The notes: a model not told the origin generated them from the sequence alone. Counted from the first letter of the stretch, positions 9,081-19,971 are shown. The stretch is DNA of 64,000 bases from Alphaproteobacteria bacterium (GCA_965221125.1 CBDCRW010000007.1:352001-416000); one strand, 5' to 3'. Numbers and translations are program-made.

Positions 9081-9974
9081 ATGGCGAACGCGACTCGACC
9101 GAGCGAGCAGATCCGCCACGCCGTGCGCGAGGCCCTGGCGGCGGCCGGCGTGGGCGCGCGCCGCTTCGAGTCCGCCCACGGGCTCAGGCCCTGGGCGCTG
9201 CGCGGCATCCTCGATCCCACCCGCGAGCAGGCGCCCTCGGTGGACCGCGCGGCCGAGATCTGCGCGGCGCTCGGGCTGACGCTCTCCATCGAGCCGGCCG
9301 CCGCGTCGCGCGCGGGCGAGGGGGATGACGCGGCGCGCGCGGCGCTGTCGGAGCCGAAGGCCGCTGCCTGGGGCGGCGCCGCGCAGGTCTCGCCGCCAGC
9401 GGCGGTGCCTGTGGGCGGCCTCGAGGGGGCGGTGCAGGCGCTGGTGCGGCTGGTGGCGCGCGCCGGGGGCGATCCGATCCCGGACGAGCTGCGCGCGCCG
9501 CCGAGCGCGCGTCTCGCCAGCGCCGATGCGCGGCCGGTCGCGGCGGCCAACGACGACGGCGTGACCCCCGGCGCGCGCTCGGTGGGAACCCGCGAGGTCG
9601 AGGCCGCGGCGGGCGGCGGCGCGGTCAATCTCGACGAGGCGCCGGTCAAGGGGCCGGTCTGGTTCCGCCGCGACTGGCTCGACGGCCACGGCATCGACCC
9701 CACGCTCTCGGTGGTGATCTCGGTGCGGGGCGAGTCGATGGAGCCGACGCTGCCGGCCGGCTCCAAAATCCTGGTGGACCGCACGCGCACCCGGCGCCGG
9801 GCCGGGCGCATCTTCGTGGTCACCACGGAGGAGGGGCTGGTGGTGAAGCGGCTGGAGCGGCGCGGGCGGCAGTGGTTCCTCGCCAGCGATCACCCGTCGT
9901 GGGAGGCGGTGCCCTGGCCGCGCGAGGCTGAGGTGGTGGGCGAGGTGCGCTGGGCCTCGCGGACCTTCGCGTGA
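9081..9974 (+). CDS. Phage CI/LexA-like repressor with S24 autopeptidase domain
   Basis: N-terminal HTH (APSVDRAAEICAALGL), Ala-Gly site in EAAAGGG, catalytic Ser in VRGESMEP and Lys in LVVKRL. Confidence 0.88.
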   Translation: MANATRPSEQIRHAVREALAAAGVGARRFESAHGLRPWALRGILDPTREQAPSVDRAAEICAALGLTLSIEPAAASRAGEGDDAARAALSEPKAAAWGGAAQVSPPAAVPVGGLEGAVQALVRLVARAGGDPIPDELRAPPSARLASADARPVAAANDDGVTPGARSVGTREVEAAAGGGAVNLDEAPVKGPVWFRRDWLDGHGIDPTLSVVISVRGESMEPTLPAGSKILVDRTRTRRRAGRIFVVTTEEGLVVKRLERRGRQWFLASDHPSWEAVPWPREAEVVGEVRWASRTFA

Positions 9975-10522
9975 TGGCCCGCGCGGCCCTGATCGTCGCC
10001 TTCGCCGCGGTCGTGCTGGCGGCGTGCAGCCCGGCCACGCACGTCGACGGGCACAAGATACGCGCCGGCGCGGCGTCGGCCGACGCCCTGCACGAGGGCG
10101 CGCCGGAGTGGTTCGCCGCGTGGTGGGGCGACTACCGGCGGCACGCAGGGAACGGCTACGCGGTGCTCGCCCTCGACCGCAACGGGCAGGGCGGCTGGTA
10201 CGTCTACTGCGGCACCGTCGGCTGCCACGTCCTCGACCACGTCTCGGTCGGGGCGATCAGGGACGTCCACTACAGGTATCCGGCGCTGGAGCACTGCCGC
10301 GAGGCGGTCGCGAAGGCCGGCTCCGCCACGGCACCGGACTGCGCCATCTACGCGATCCGAGGCACGATCGTCTGGCAGGGTCCGCTGCCGTGGGAGGGCG
10401 CCGGAGATTCCGCGATGCCCTCCGGGAAGCACGCAGCCACCGGCGCCACGGCCGATGTCGTGGGCCCGAGCATGGCGCTCGACATGCTCGCGTTCTGGCG
10501 CGTGAAGTGGTCGGCGGACTGA
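9974..10522 (+). CDS. Hypothetical lipoprotein coupled to cI
   Basis: Lipobox VVLAA-C after a hydrophobic signal; start overlaps the cI stop; four further Cys. Confidence 0.7.
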   Translation: MARAALIVAFAAVVLAACSPATHVDGHKIRAGAASADALHEGAPEWFAAWWGDYRRHAGNGYAVLALDRNGQGGWYVYCGTVGCHVLDHVSVGAIRDVHYRYPALEHCREAVAKAGSATAPDCAIYAIRGTIVWQGPLPWEGAGDSAMPSGKHAATGATADVVGPSMALDMLAFWRVKWSAD

Positions 10523-10535
10523 AAGCGGTGCTGTC

Positions 10536-10777
10536 CTAGAGCGATTTCCGATCTTACTGGATCGTGGCGGCCCGAACCGCCGCCCCACCTCCCCCTGTCC
10601 CCCTCCCCCCGGAGGGCGGAGGGGGGACGCCAGTCGCGCCGGCAAGTTCTCCCTCTCCGCCCCTGGGGGCGGAGAGGGGCGGGGAGAGGTGGGGGATTCT
10701 TTTCTGGCCGCACGGCATGTGAGGGCGTCACCCTGCGGCAACCGCGATCGATTCCAACTGGTCGGATAGTGCCCTAG
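10536..10777. mobile_element. MITE-like element bounded by CTAG and carrying a family A core
   Basis: Begins CTAGAGCGATTTCCGATCTTAC and ends GGATAGTGCCCTAG; sister copy at 22189-22425. Confidence 0.75.
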
Positions 10778-10835
10778 CTGGAGCGAGTCCGTCTTCTGCG
10801 GGCTCTCGACAGGCCGTGAGCGATAAAGAGAAACA

Positions 10836-10886
10836 CCGGACCATGGTGCGGTGCACGGGCCGGGCGGGCGCGCCCATGATCGCCCC
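10836..10886 (+). promoter_or_regulatory. Candidate activator-dependent late promoter of the lysis cassette
   Basis: CCGGACCATGGTGCGGTGCACGG, then CATGAT, 6 nt, ATG; same architecture at 32114-32167. Confidence 0.5.
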
Positions 10887-11375
10887 ATGCAACGGGCGAT
10901 CCTCGAGCGGCAGCACGAAAGCGACCAGGGCACGCTGGGGCTCCTGAGCGGCCCCGGCCTTGCGCCCGTCTTCGTCATGGAGCCGCCCTGGCGCGGCAAT
11001 GCGCGCAACCGCTCCTGCATCCCCGCCGGGCTCTACGAGGTGGTGCCGCACCTCTCGCCGCGCCACCGCCGCTGCCTGCTGGTGACGCAGGTGCCGGGCC
11101 GCAGCCACATCCTCTTCCATGCCGGCAACCTCGGCGGCGACACGGAGCGCGGCTGGAAGACCCACACGCAAGGCTGCCTGCTGCCGGGCCTCCGCCGCGG
11201 GCGCATGACCGTGGACGGGCGCCGCCAGGCGGCGGTGCTCGCCTCGCGCACGGCCTTCCGCCACCTCATGGACTGGAGCGCGGGGCGGCCCTTCGTATTG
11301 GAGATCAACCCGCCCTCAAGCAGCGAAGCGACAGGGCGAACTCCGCCCTCAAGCAGCGAAGCGATAGGGCGATAA
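10887..11375 (+). CDS. DUF5675-family protein, putative phage endolysin/peptidase
   Basis: GTLGLL...MEPPW...SCIPAGLY...VPGRSHILFHAGN...TQGCLLPG; sits directly upstream of a holin. Confidence 0.8.
   Translation: MQRAILERQHESDQGTLGLLSGPGLAPVFVMEPPWRGNARNRSCIPAGLYEVVPHLSPRHRRCLLVTQVPGRSHILFHAGNLGGDTERGWKTHTQGCLLPGLRRGRMTVDGRRQAAVLASRTAFRHLMDWSAGRPFVLEINPPSSSEATGRTPPSSSEAIGR
11310..11372. repeat. Tandem duplication of a 30-bp hairpin unit in the 3' end of the DUF5675 gene
   Basis: CCGCCCTCAAGCAGCGAAGCGAYAGGGCGA at 11310-11339 and 11343-11372. Confidence 0.85.
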
Positions 11376-11385
11376 GGAGTGAACC

Positions 11386-11913
11386 ATGCTTGAGACCCTC
11401 TTCAATCTCGGCGCCTCGGTGCTCACCGGCGGCGCGACCGGGCTGCTGGGCACGGCGCTTTCGGCGGTGGTGGACTTCTTCCAGTCGCGCCAGCGCCACG
11501 CCCAGGAGCTGGACCTGCGCCGGCTCGATATCGATCTGGCGCAGGCCGAGGCCGAGGGCGCCGCCGCGCACGCCGCCATCGAGGCCCGCGCCCAGCGCGA
11601 GCGGGCCGAGTGGGAGGCGCTCGAAGCCTCGTACCGGGAGGCCGGCCGGCGCTGGTCCCGCCCCGGCGAGGGCCGGCTCATGCAGTTCGTGGACGCCGTG
11701 CGGGGGCTTACGCGGCCGGCGCTCACCTGGAGCCTCTTCGCCCTGGTGGGCGCGATCTACTTCCTGCTGGGGGCTGCGGACATCACGACCGTGGGGCTCC
11801 GGCCCCGCATCGTCGAGACCGTGCTCTACCTCTTCACCGCCGCGATGCTCTGGTGGTTCGGCTCCCGTCAGATCGAGAAGCGGCGCGGCGCGCAAGGCGG
11901 GGCCGGCCGGTGA
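11386..11913 (+). CDS. Holin, 3TM/GTA-holin-like
   Basis: Glycine-rich hydrophobic N-terminus, VRGLTRPALTW, TM segments, terminal WWFGSR; RBS AGGAG. Confidence 0.78.
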   Translation: MLETLFNLGASVLTGGATGLLGTALSAVVDFFQSRQRHAQELDLRRLDIDLAQAEAEGAAAHAAIEARAQRERAEWEALEASYREAGRRWSRPGEGRLMQFVDAVRGLTRPALTWSLFALVGAIYFLLGAADITTVGLRPRIVETVLYLFTAAMLWWFGSRQIEKRRGAQGGAGR

Positions 11914-12296
11914 ACGACCTCGAGACCTGGATCGCGCGCGGCGTGGTGGGCGCCGTCGTCGGCGCCTGCGTCGGGCTCTTCGTCCGCGTGCGCCGGCTCG
12001 AGTCCGCCGGCGCGGTCGCCAGCAAGAGCCTGGGCGATCTCGAGAGGCGCGACACCGGCGTGGGCGCGCTCGGCGCGCGCATGGAGACGGTGGAGCGCGG
12101 CCTGGTCAAGCTCTCCGCCGCGCTCGAATCCCTGCCCGATGCGCGCGAGTTCGCCGCGCTCGGCCGCTCGGTCACGGCGGTGCAGGGGGAGATCGCGGCG
12201 CTCCGCGCGACGCTCGACGGCATGGACAGGATGATCGCCGGCCTCGACAAGCAGCTCGACCAGATCAACGCCCACCTGCTGGCGGGCAACCCATGA
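11910..12296 (+). CDS. DUF2730-like membrane-anchored coiled-coil protein of Mu-like lysis regions
   Basis: N-terminal TM, LESLPDAREFAAL...VQGEIAALRATL...INAHLL; GTG overlaps the holin stop. Confidence 0.65.
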   Translation: MNDLETWIARGVVGAVVGACVGLFVRVRRLESAGAVASKSLGDLERRDTGVGALGARMETVERGLVKLSAALESLPDAREFAALGRSVTAVQGEIAALRATLDGMDRMIAGLDKQLDQINAHLLAGNP

Positions 12297-12612
12297 TCGG
12301 GGCCGGGGGGCGCGGGTAGGGGACAATTTCCGCAGGACGCGCACGGGAGTGGCGGGCGGACCCGCTCAGGGGACCAGCCCCGGCGCCGCGTGGCGGTCGA
12401 GAGCCCAGGAGGCAAACGGTGGCCGCCCGCGGCACCGGGGCTTTGTCCGCCGCCGGCCCGGGATCGGTCGCAACGCCGCGACTACGCTACGGCCGGCCCA
12501 GCGAGGACAGGGATACCGGCAGCGGACCGATTCATTATCCCGCAATTCAAGCATGTAGAACAGACAAAATGGCATGCCGGACATGATATGACGGCTCTGC
12601 CTGTTCGACAGA

Positions 12613-13008
12613 TCACGGCCGCCGCGCCAGCAGGTCGATCTCGACGCGGGCATCGAGGGCGAGTCCGGTGACGCCGACGCAGGTGCGTGCCGGGCGCCGC
12701 TCGGGCTCGAAATAGGTCTCGTAGACGGCGTTCATGGCCGCGTAGTCCTCCTTGAAGCGGGTGAGATAGACCCGCGCGACGACGACGTGTTCGAGCCCGA
12801 GGCCGAGGGAGGCGAGCACGGTCCTCAGGTTGGCCATGACGTTCCGCGTCTGGCCCTCGATGCCGGCGGGGAGCGGCGCGGCCTCGTCCTCCGGGTCATT
12901 GGGCATCTGGCCGGTGACGAACACCCAGCCGTCCGCCTCCACGGCGTGGCTGAAGGGCGCAACGGGCGTGGGCGCGCCGGCCGCCATGTGAAAGATCGGT
13001 GCTGTCAT
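12613..13008 (-). CDS. RidA/YjgF family protein
   Basis: PFSHAV...FVTGQ...MNAVY..YF...PARTCVGV..L...ARVEID. Confidence 0.93.
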   Translation of the reverse strand: MTAPIFHMAAGAPTPVAPFSHAVEADGWVFVTGQMPNDPEDEAAPLPAGIEGQTRNVMANLRTVLASLGLGLEHVVVARVYLTRFKEDYAAMNAVYETYFEPERRPARTCVGVTGLALDARVEIDLLARRP

Positions 13009-13152
13009 GGGGATCCCCTTGTCTCGGTCGCGCCAGCGGGCGCGCGAAAGCACAGGACGGCCGACTGCCGTGAGCGAAAAATTCTAGATCGATTCCGTCC
13101 AGGACGGAAACGATCTAATCTTGCGCAAGGCAGGCAAGGAGAAGGGCTCCTC

Positions 13153-14055
13153 ATGCGCGTGACGCGCCGGGCGGTGCTGGTCGGGGCGGGTGCCGCGCTG
13201 GCTGCGCCCGTGCTCAAGGCCCCGGCCGCGCAAGCGCTCGCCAAGCGCATTCCGGCGACCGGCGAGCCGGTGCCCGCGGTCGGCATCGGCAGCTGGATCA
13301 CCTTCAACGTGGGCGACGATCCGCTGCTCCGCGCCGAGTGCCGCGCGGTGATGGCCGCCTTCTTCGAGGAAGGCGGGGGCATCGTCGATTCCTCGCCCAT
13401 GTACGGCTCCTCGCAGGCGGTGATCGGGCATGCGCTGGAGACGCTGGGCCAGGCGCCAGGTCTCTTCTCCGCCGACAAGGTGTGGACCGACGCCTCGGAC
13501 GGCCCGGCGCAGATTGCGGAGACGAGCCGGCGCTGGGGCGTCGGGCGCTTCGACCTGCTGCAGGTCCACAACCTGATCGACTGGGAGGCCAATCTCGACA
13601 CCCTCGACGCCATGAAGGCGGCCGGCCGGCTGCGCTACACCGGGGTCACCACCTCGCACGGGCGCCGGCACGCGGAGCTGGAAGAGGCGATGCGCCGCCG
13701 GCCGCCCGACTTCGTCCAGCTCACCTACAACGTCGTGGACCGGGAGGCGGAGCGCCGCCTGCTGCCGCTCGCGCTGGAGCGCGGCATCGCGGTCATCTGC
13801 AACCGGCCGTTTCAGCGGGGCCGCCTGCCGGACCGCCTTGCCGGCCGTCCGCTGCCCGGCTGGGCCGGCGAGATCGGGGTCGTCACCTGGCCGCAATTCC
13901 TGCTGAAGTTCATCATCTCGCACCCTGCGGTCACGGCCGCCATCCCGGCGACGCGGCAGGTGGACCACGTGCGCGAGAACAAGTCCGCCGAACGCGGCCC
14001 CATGCCGGACGCGGCCCTGCGCCGGCGCATGGCGGAGCATGTGGAGAGCCTGTAG
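13153..14055 (+). CDS. Aldo/keto reductase with Tat-like signal
   Basis: TRRAVL signal; DSSPMYGSS, DLLQVHNL, AIPAT. Confidence 0.9.
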   Translation: MRVTRRAVLVGAGAALAAPVLKAPAAQALAKRIPATGEPVPAVGIGSWITFNVGDDPLLRAECRAVMAAFFEEGGGIVDSSPMYGSSQAVIGHALETLGQAPGLFSADKVWTDASDGPAQIAETSRRWGVGRFDLLQVHNLIDWEANLDTLDAMKAAGRLRYTGVTTSHGRRHAELEEAMRRRPPDFVQLTYNVVDREAERRLLPLALERGIAVICNRPFQRGRLPDRLAGRPLPGWAGEIGVVTWPQFLLKFIISHPAVTAAIPATRQVDHVRENKSAERGPMPDAALRRRMAEHVESL

Positions 14056-14113
14056 GGCCTTGGCGTTCGGGCGGGACGGTCCCCGGAAGACAACGACGGG
14101 CTAGAGAGCCGCG

Positions 14114-14779
14114 ATGGCGGGGCTGGAGGACCTGCTGCTGTTCGACGCGCGGGTCTATTGGCGGCTGTTCGCGCTGGAGAACGCGGCGGTCTGGCCGGCC
14201 CAGCCCGTGGTGTTGGCGGCCGCCGTGCTGCTCGTCCTCTGCCTGCTGTGGGGGCGGCGGCCGTCGGGCCGCTGGCTCGGGCCTGCGTTGGGGGCGGCCT
14301 GGCTCTGGAGCGGCTGGCACTTCGTGGCACTCCGCTACGGGTCGGTGAATTGGGCGGCGCCGACGTTCGCCTGGGGGTTCTACGCGGAGGCGGCTCTGTT
14401 TGCGGCGCTCGGCCTCTCGGGCCGGCTCGTCGTCCTGCGGCGGGGACCGGGCGCCTGGGCAGGCCTCGGCCTGCTGGCGTCGGCGGTGCTGCTCTGGCCC
14501 TTCTTCGCGGCGCTCGACGGGCGGCCTTGGGGCGAGGCGGAGGTCGTCGTCCTGGCGCCGGATCCCACGGCCGCCGCCACGCTCGGCCTGCTGGCGTGCG
14601 CCGAGCGCAGCCGGTGGACGGCACTCCTCTGCGTGGCCCCGGTGCTGTGGCTCGCGCTGTCGGCGCTCACCCTCGTCACCCTGGGCGCCTGGCAGGGCTG
14701 GGCGGTGCTTGCGGCCCTGCTCGCCGGCATCTGCGCCTGGGCCGTGCCACGGCGGATCACCGCAGGCGGCCCGCCGTAG
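14114..14779 (+). CDS. Integral membrane protein (DUF6064-like)
   Basis: Multiple TM segments; N..VWPAQ and APDPTAAATLG motifs. Confidence 0.7.
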   Translation: MAGLEDLLLFDARVYWRLFALENAAVWPAQPVVLAAAVLLVLCLLWGRRPSGRWLGPALGAAWLWSGWHFVALRYGSVNWAAPTFAWGFYAEAALFAALGLSGRLVVLRRGPGAWAGLGLLASAVLLWPFFAALDGRPWGEAEVVVLAPDPTAAATLGLLACAERSRWTALLCVAPVLWLALSALTLVTLGAWQGWAVLAALLAGICAWAVPRRITAGGPP

Positions 14780-14906
14780 CGCCCGCGCGCCCGCGCGTGA
14801 TCCCGAACTCGAGGGACTTCCGGTGAGTGTGGGGCGCATCATCAAGTCACCACGGGAGCAGCCAACATGCATTTGACACCATATGTAATGAAGGACATAA
14901 ACGGCG

Positions 14907-15272
14907 ATGAAGTGGGAAGTCGAATTCCACAGTGAATTCGTGCCGGAGTTTCGCAGTCTGCATAAGCGAGTCCAGGACGAGGCCTATGCCGTCGCTCACC
15001 TGCTGGAACAGTTGGGGCCTCAGCTTGGACGACCCTGGGTGGACACGCTGAACGGCTCTCGGCACACAAACATGAAGGAGATGCGGTTCAGCGCAGCGGG
15101 CGGAGAATGGTGCCTCGCCTTCGCCTTCGACCCCAGGCGCAGGGCCATGCTTCTCGTTGCCGGCGACAAGTCGGGCGGCAGCGCCAGGCGGTTCTATCGA
15201 ACACTCATCCGCAAGGCCGACGAGCGCTTCGATCGGCACCTCGCCAGGCTCGCAAAGGAAGGAGGATCGTGA
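14907..15272 (+). CDS. Type II toxin, RelE/HigB-like
   Basis: GPQLGRPWVDTLNGSRHTNMKEMRF...FAFDPRR..MLLVAGDKSG. Confidence 0.9.
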   Translation: MKWEVEFHSEFVPEFRSLHKRVQDEAYAVAHLLEQLGPQLGRPWVDTLNGSRHTNMKEMRFSAAGGEWCLAFAFDPRRRAMLLVAGDKSGGSARRFYRTLIRKADERFDRHLARLAKEGGS

Positions 15273-15598
15273 TGGATGTGAATGTGGACGACATGATCGC
15301 GAAGCTCGACCCCGAGAGGCGGCGGCGGATCGAGGAGCGGGCGGCCGAGCTCATCGCCGAAGAAATGACGCTGCGCGAGCTGCGCAAGGCGCGGCAGCTC
15401 ACCCAGGCGCGCGTCGCGGCCGAGCTCGGCATCAGCCAGGACGGCGTCTCCCGGCTGGAGCAGCGGAGCGACCTCCTGCTCTCGACGCTGCGCAAGACCG
15501 TGGAGGCCATGGGCGGCAGCCTCTCGCTCGTCGCCAAGTTCCCCGACCGGCCGCCCGTGGAGCTTTCGGGCATCGCCGAGAGCGCGCCCCGCGACTGA
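15272..15598 (+). CDS. XRE-family antitoxin (HigA-like)
   Basis: [12 protein letters not shown]...[24 protein letters not shown]; coupled to the toxin. Confidence 0.9.
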   Translation: MDVNVDDMIAKLDPERRRRIEERAAELIAEEMTLRELRKARQLTQARVAAELGISQDGVSRLEQRSDLLLSTLRKTVEAMGGSLSLVAKFPDRPPVELSGIAESAPRD

Positions 15599-15695
15599 CG
15601 ATCCGGGACGCCGGCGGAGCGCTCGCCTTGCCGTGGGCGGCCGGCAATGTTTGGTTAGGGCCCGAGCACAACACCCATTCCCGGAAGAAGGGCCC

Positions 15696-16988
<1,293 letters not shown>

Positions 16989-16995
16989 GGCGCCG

Positions 16996-17316
16996 TTATC
17001 GGGTTTGCGCGGCGGCGGCCGTGCGGGGTTCGACCTGAAGGGTGACTTGCAGACCGCCGTCGAGCGCCGCCACCATCCTCATCATCCGGTCGAGCGTGAA
17101 GCGCCCGAGACTGGCGTTGCAGATGCGCGAAAAATCCGCCGCGGCGAAGCCGGTCGAGGCGGCGGCCCCGCGCACCGTGAGCTCCCGCTCGTCCAGGATC
17201 GCGATGATGCGGGCGGCGAGGATTGCCTTGGCCTGCTTGATGTCGGCGTCCGGGTCGCCGAAGTCGCGGAAGACGTTGCCGCTTCCCTCCACCAGGTCCA
17301 TGTCGCTCTCGCTCAT
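16996..17316 (-). CDS. Orphan XRE/HTH antitoxin-like protein
   Basis: [14 protein letters not shown]...AADFSRI...LGRFTLDRM; no cognate toxin adjacent. Confidence 0.8.
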   Translation of the reverse strand: MSESDMDLVEGSGNVFRDFGDPDADIKQAKAILAARIIAILDERELTVRGAAASTGFAAADFSRICNASLGRFTLDRMMRMVAALDGGLQVTLQVEPRTAAAAQTR

Positions 17317-18485
17317 TCCGTCTCCTCGAAGAGCTCGCGGCCGATGAGCATGCGGCGGATCTCGCTGGTGCCGGCGCCGATCTCGTAGAGCTTGGCGTCG
17401 CGCAAGAGCCGGCCGGTGGCGAACTCGTTGACGTAGCCGTTGCCGCCCAGCGCCTGGATCGCCTCAAGCGCCATCCAGGTCGCCTTCTCGGCGGCGAAGA
17501 GGATGGCGCCGGCGGCGTCCTTGCGGCTGGTCTCGCCGCGATCGCAGGCCTGCGCCACGGCGTAGACGTAGGCGCGGGCCGCGTTCATGGTCGTGTACAT
17601 GTCGGCGATCTTGCCCTGCATGAGCTGGAAGGTGCCGATGGGCCGGCCGAACTGCCGGCGCTGGTGGACGTAGGGGAGCACGATGTCCATGCAGGCGCGC
17701 ATGATGCCCAAGGGGCCGGCCGCGAGCACCGCACGCTCGTAGTCGAGGCCGCTCATCAGCACGGCCACGCCGCCGCCGACCTCGCCGATCACGTTCTCCG
17801 CCGGCACCGCGCAGTCCTCGAACACCAGCTCGCAGGTGTTGGACCCGCGCATGCCGAGCTTGTCGAGTTTTTGGGCGGTAGAGAAGCCGGGCATGCCCTT
17901 CTCGACGAGGAAGGCGGTGATGCCCCGGCTGCCGGCATCGGGGTCCGTCTTGGCGTAGACCACGAGGACCTCGGCGTCCGGCCCGTTGGTGATCCACATT
18001 TTCGACCCGTTCAGCACGTAGCGCTCGCCGCGGCGTTCCGCGCGCGTGCGCATGCCGACCACGTCCGAGCCCGCGCCCGGCTCGCTCATGGCGAGCGCGC
18101 CGACGTGTTCGCCCGAGATCAGCCCGGGCAGGTAGCGGGCGCGCTGGGCGGGGGTGCCGTTGAGCCGGATCTGGTTCACGCAGAGGTTGGAGTGCGCGCC
18201 GTAGCTGAGGCCGACGGAGGCGGACGCGCGGCTCACCTCCTCCATGGCGACGCAGTGCTCCAGGTAGCCGAGGCCGCTGCCGCCCTCCTCCTCCTCCACG
18301 GTGAGCCCGAGCAGCCCGAGGTCGCCGAGCCGGGGCCAGAGGTCGCGCGGGAACTCGTTGCTCGTGTCGATCTCTTCGGCGCGGGGCGCGATCTCGGCCT
18401 GCGCGAAGCTCTCGACCGACGAGCGGATCATGTCCGCCGTCTCGCCCAGCCCGAAGTCGAGGCCCGGCATTCGGTTGGAGGTCAT
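17313..18485 (-). CDS. ivd: Isovaleryl-CoA dehydrogenase
   Basis: [52 protein letters not shown]. Confidence 0.93.
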   Translation of the reverse strand: MTSNRMPGLDFGLGETADMIRSSVESFAQAEIAPRAEEIDTSNEFPRDLWPRLGDLGLLGLTVEEEEGGSGLGYLEHCVAMEEVSRASASVGLSYGAHSNLCVNQIRLNGTPAQRARYLPGLISGEHVGALAMSEPGAGSDVVGMRTRAERRGERYVLNGSKMWITNGPDAEVLVVYAKTDPDAGSRGITAFLVEKGMPGFSTAQKLDKLGMRGSNTCELVFEDCAVPAENVIGEVGGGVAVLMSGLDYERAVLAAGPLGIMRACMDIVLPYVHQRRQFGRPIGTFQLMQGKIADMYTTMNAARAYVYAVAQACDRGETSRKDAAGAILFAAEKATWMALEAIQALGGNGYVNEFATGRLLRDAKLYEIGAGTSEIRRMLIGRELFEETE

Positions 18486-18653
18486 TGCTGCTCCGTTTGC
18501 GTCGGCAACGCCCAATTCAGCCCAAGCAGAGACCATTCAATACTATCGCCTACTTTGGACACTGGTGATGGTTCAAGCATATTTTTGTGCACTCGAAAAG
18601 GCTCAAACAACGCATGTATCATTTATTCGGTACGCTCCATCCACTCAATGCAC

Positions 18654-19598
18654 TTAACCATTGCTCCTTAGATATTTAGCGACTGTCGCGAAGTGCTGTC
18701 GATTTGCCTCTAGGTCGACTACTTTGTAGAGTTCTTCACCAATACCACTTAACACCACTCCGTGAACTTTGACCTTGAATTGCTTTCCCTCTCCATCGCT
18801 AGAGAATAATCTGACACCTTTGCCAGCACAAAGAATTTCGCCTTGTGTCTCTCCTAAAACTGTGAACTCAACCCATGAATTGTAGTCAGGTATTATAAGC
18901 CTATTTTCCTGAAGAATGTTCAGGTCAAAGAATGAGATTCCAAAGTTTTTCAACGCATTACCCTGGGAGTTATTGCTAGCTGTTATTGCTATGTGACTCA
19001 AGTTTGGAATAACAAAAACCATATTACAAAGTTTTCGGAACAGGGCAGCCGCGTCGGTATCCATCATTCCGAGAGTTCTAACGGTTCGGAGAGAATATGT
19101 TCCTGGGCTCTCAATTTCTCCGGCTAAAATTTTTCCGAACGCCAGTTTCATTTCTTCGGAAGACCGTTGTCCTGCCTCGCTTCTGAGCGCCGCCAACCAG
19201 TCATCGTTCGGAACGCCCTGAGGTTCAGTCGTTGCTTCAGATTTGGACAATTGCTCAATAGCGATTCCTAGAACGTCCTCTACGATGACTTGTTCCTTCA
19301 GTATCTTCGTGGCGTGTTGCGCGTATGCTCTGGCAGCCAATTCGGAATTGGTCTTGAATTCGGTCGCTATGGATCGTGCAGCCTCAAGGCGCAGATGCCT
19401 TCTCGCTTCCGTTGTTGAGCGGATACTATCTGCAAATCCCTCCAAGTAAGCGACAGGAATATCCGTAACTCCATATATCAAATGACTAATTGCCTTTACT
19501 ATTCCCGGCTGCAGAAATCCTAAAATCCCAAGCTCCGAGAATAATGCAGCAATGCTGGTGCCTAGTTCTGCAGGTGGCTGTTCAGGCGTGCTCGACAT
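18654..19598 (-). CDS. DUF2806-like protein on an AT-rich insert
   Basis: DDWL...A..RSSEEMK..FGKILAGEIESPGTYSLRTVRTL; composition clearly AT-richer than the flanks. Confidence 0.75.
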   Translation of the reverse strand: MSSTPEQPPAELGTSIAALFSELGILGFLQPGIVKAISHLIYGVTDIPVAYLEGFADSIRSTTEARRHLRLEAARSIATEFKTNSELAARAYAQHATKILKEQVIVEDVLGIAIEQLSKSEATTEPQGVPNDDWLAALRSEAGQRSSEEMKLAFGKILAGEIESPGTYSLRTVRTLGMMDTDAAALFRKLCNMVFVIPNLSHIAITASNNSQGNALKNFGISFFDLNILQENRLIIPDYNSWVEFTVLGETQGEILCAGKGVRLFSSDGEGKQFKVKVHGVVLSGIGEELYKVVDLEANRQHFATVAKYLRSNG

Positions 19599-19695
19599 TT
19601 TTCCCTCGGATAAACAGGTCTCGAATCTTGTAGTCTCTTGCAAGGCGTGTCTGACAATCCATATAATACGCATAACGCAGGGTGGGGTGAAGAGC

Positions 19696-19971
19696 ATGCA
19701 GCGGATCACGTCACGGGAGTTCCAGCGGAACTTCGGGCGGTGCCAGGACGATGCGCTGAAGGCGCCGCTGGCGATCACCCGAAACGGGAGGGACCGGCTC
19801 GTGATCCTCTCGGTCGATGAGTATGAGCGCCTGAAGCGGCGGGACCGTCAAGCGCTTGCCGTCGAAGACCTCTCGGACGAAGAGATCGAGGCGATAGCCC
19901 GTGCCGAGCCTCCGGCCGAAGCCGCACAGTACGATCATGAGCTGACGGGCGGGCATGGCGCGGATTCCTGA
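19696..19971 (+). CDS. Phd/YefM-family antitoxin
   Basis: ITSREFQRNFG...PLAITRNGRDRLVILSVDEYERL. Confidence 0.9.
   Translation: MQRITSREFQRNFGRCQDDALKAPLAITRNGRDRLVILSVDEYERLKRRDRQALAVEDLSDEEIEAIARAEPPAEAAQYDHELTGGHGADS

Noticed and set aside
7520-12612. Complete transposable prophage
   Set aside because: No transposase, terminase, capsid or tail genes; no clear Mu-type ends or target duplication seen
18620-18660. Possible frameshift near the DUF2806-like C-terminus
   Set aside because: An alternative frame adds only about 10 residues; cannot be supported without homolog alignment
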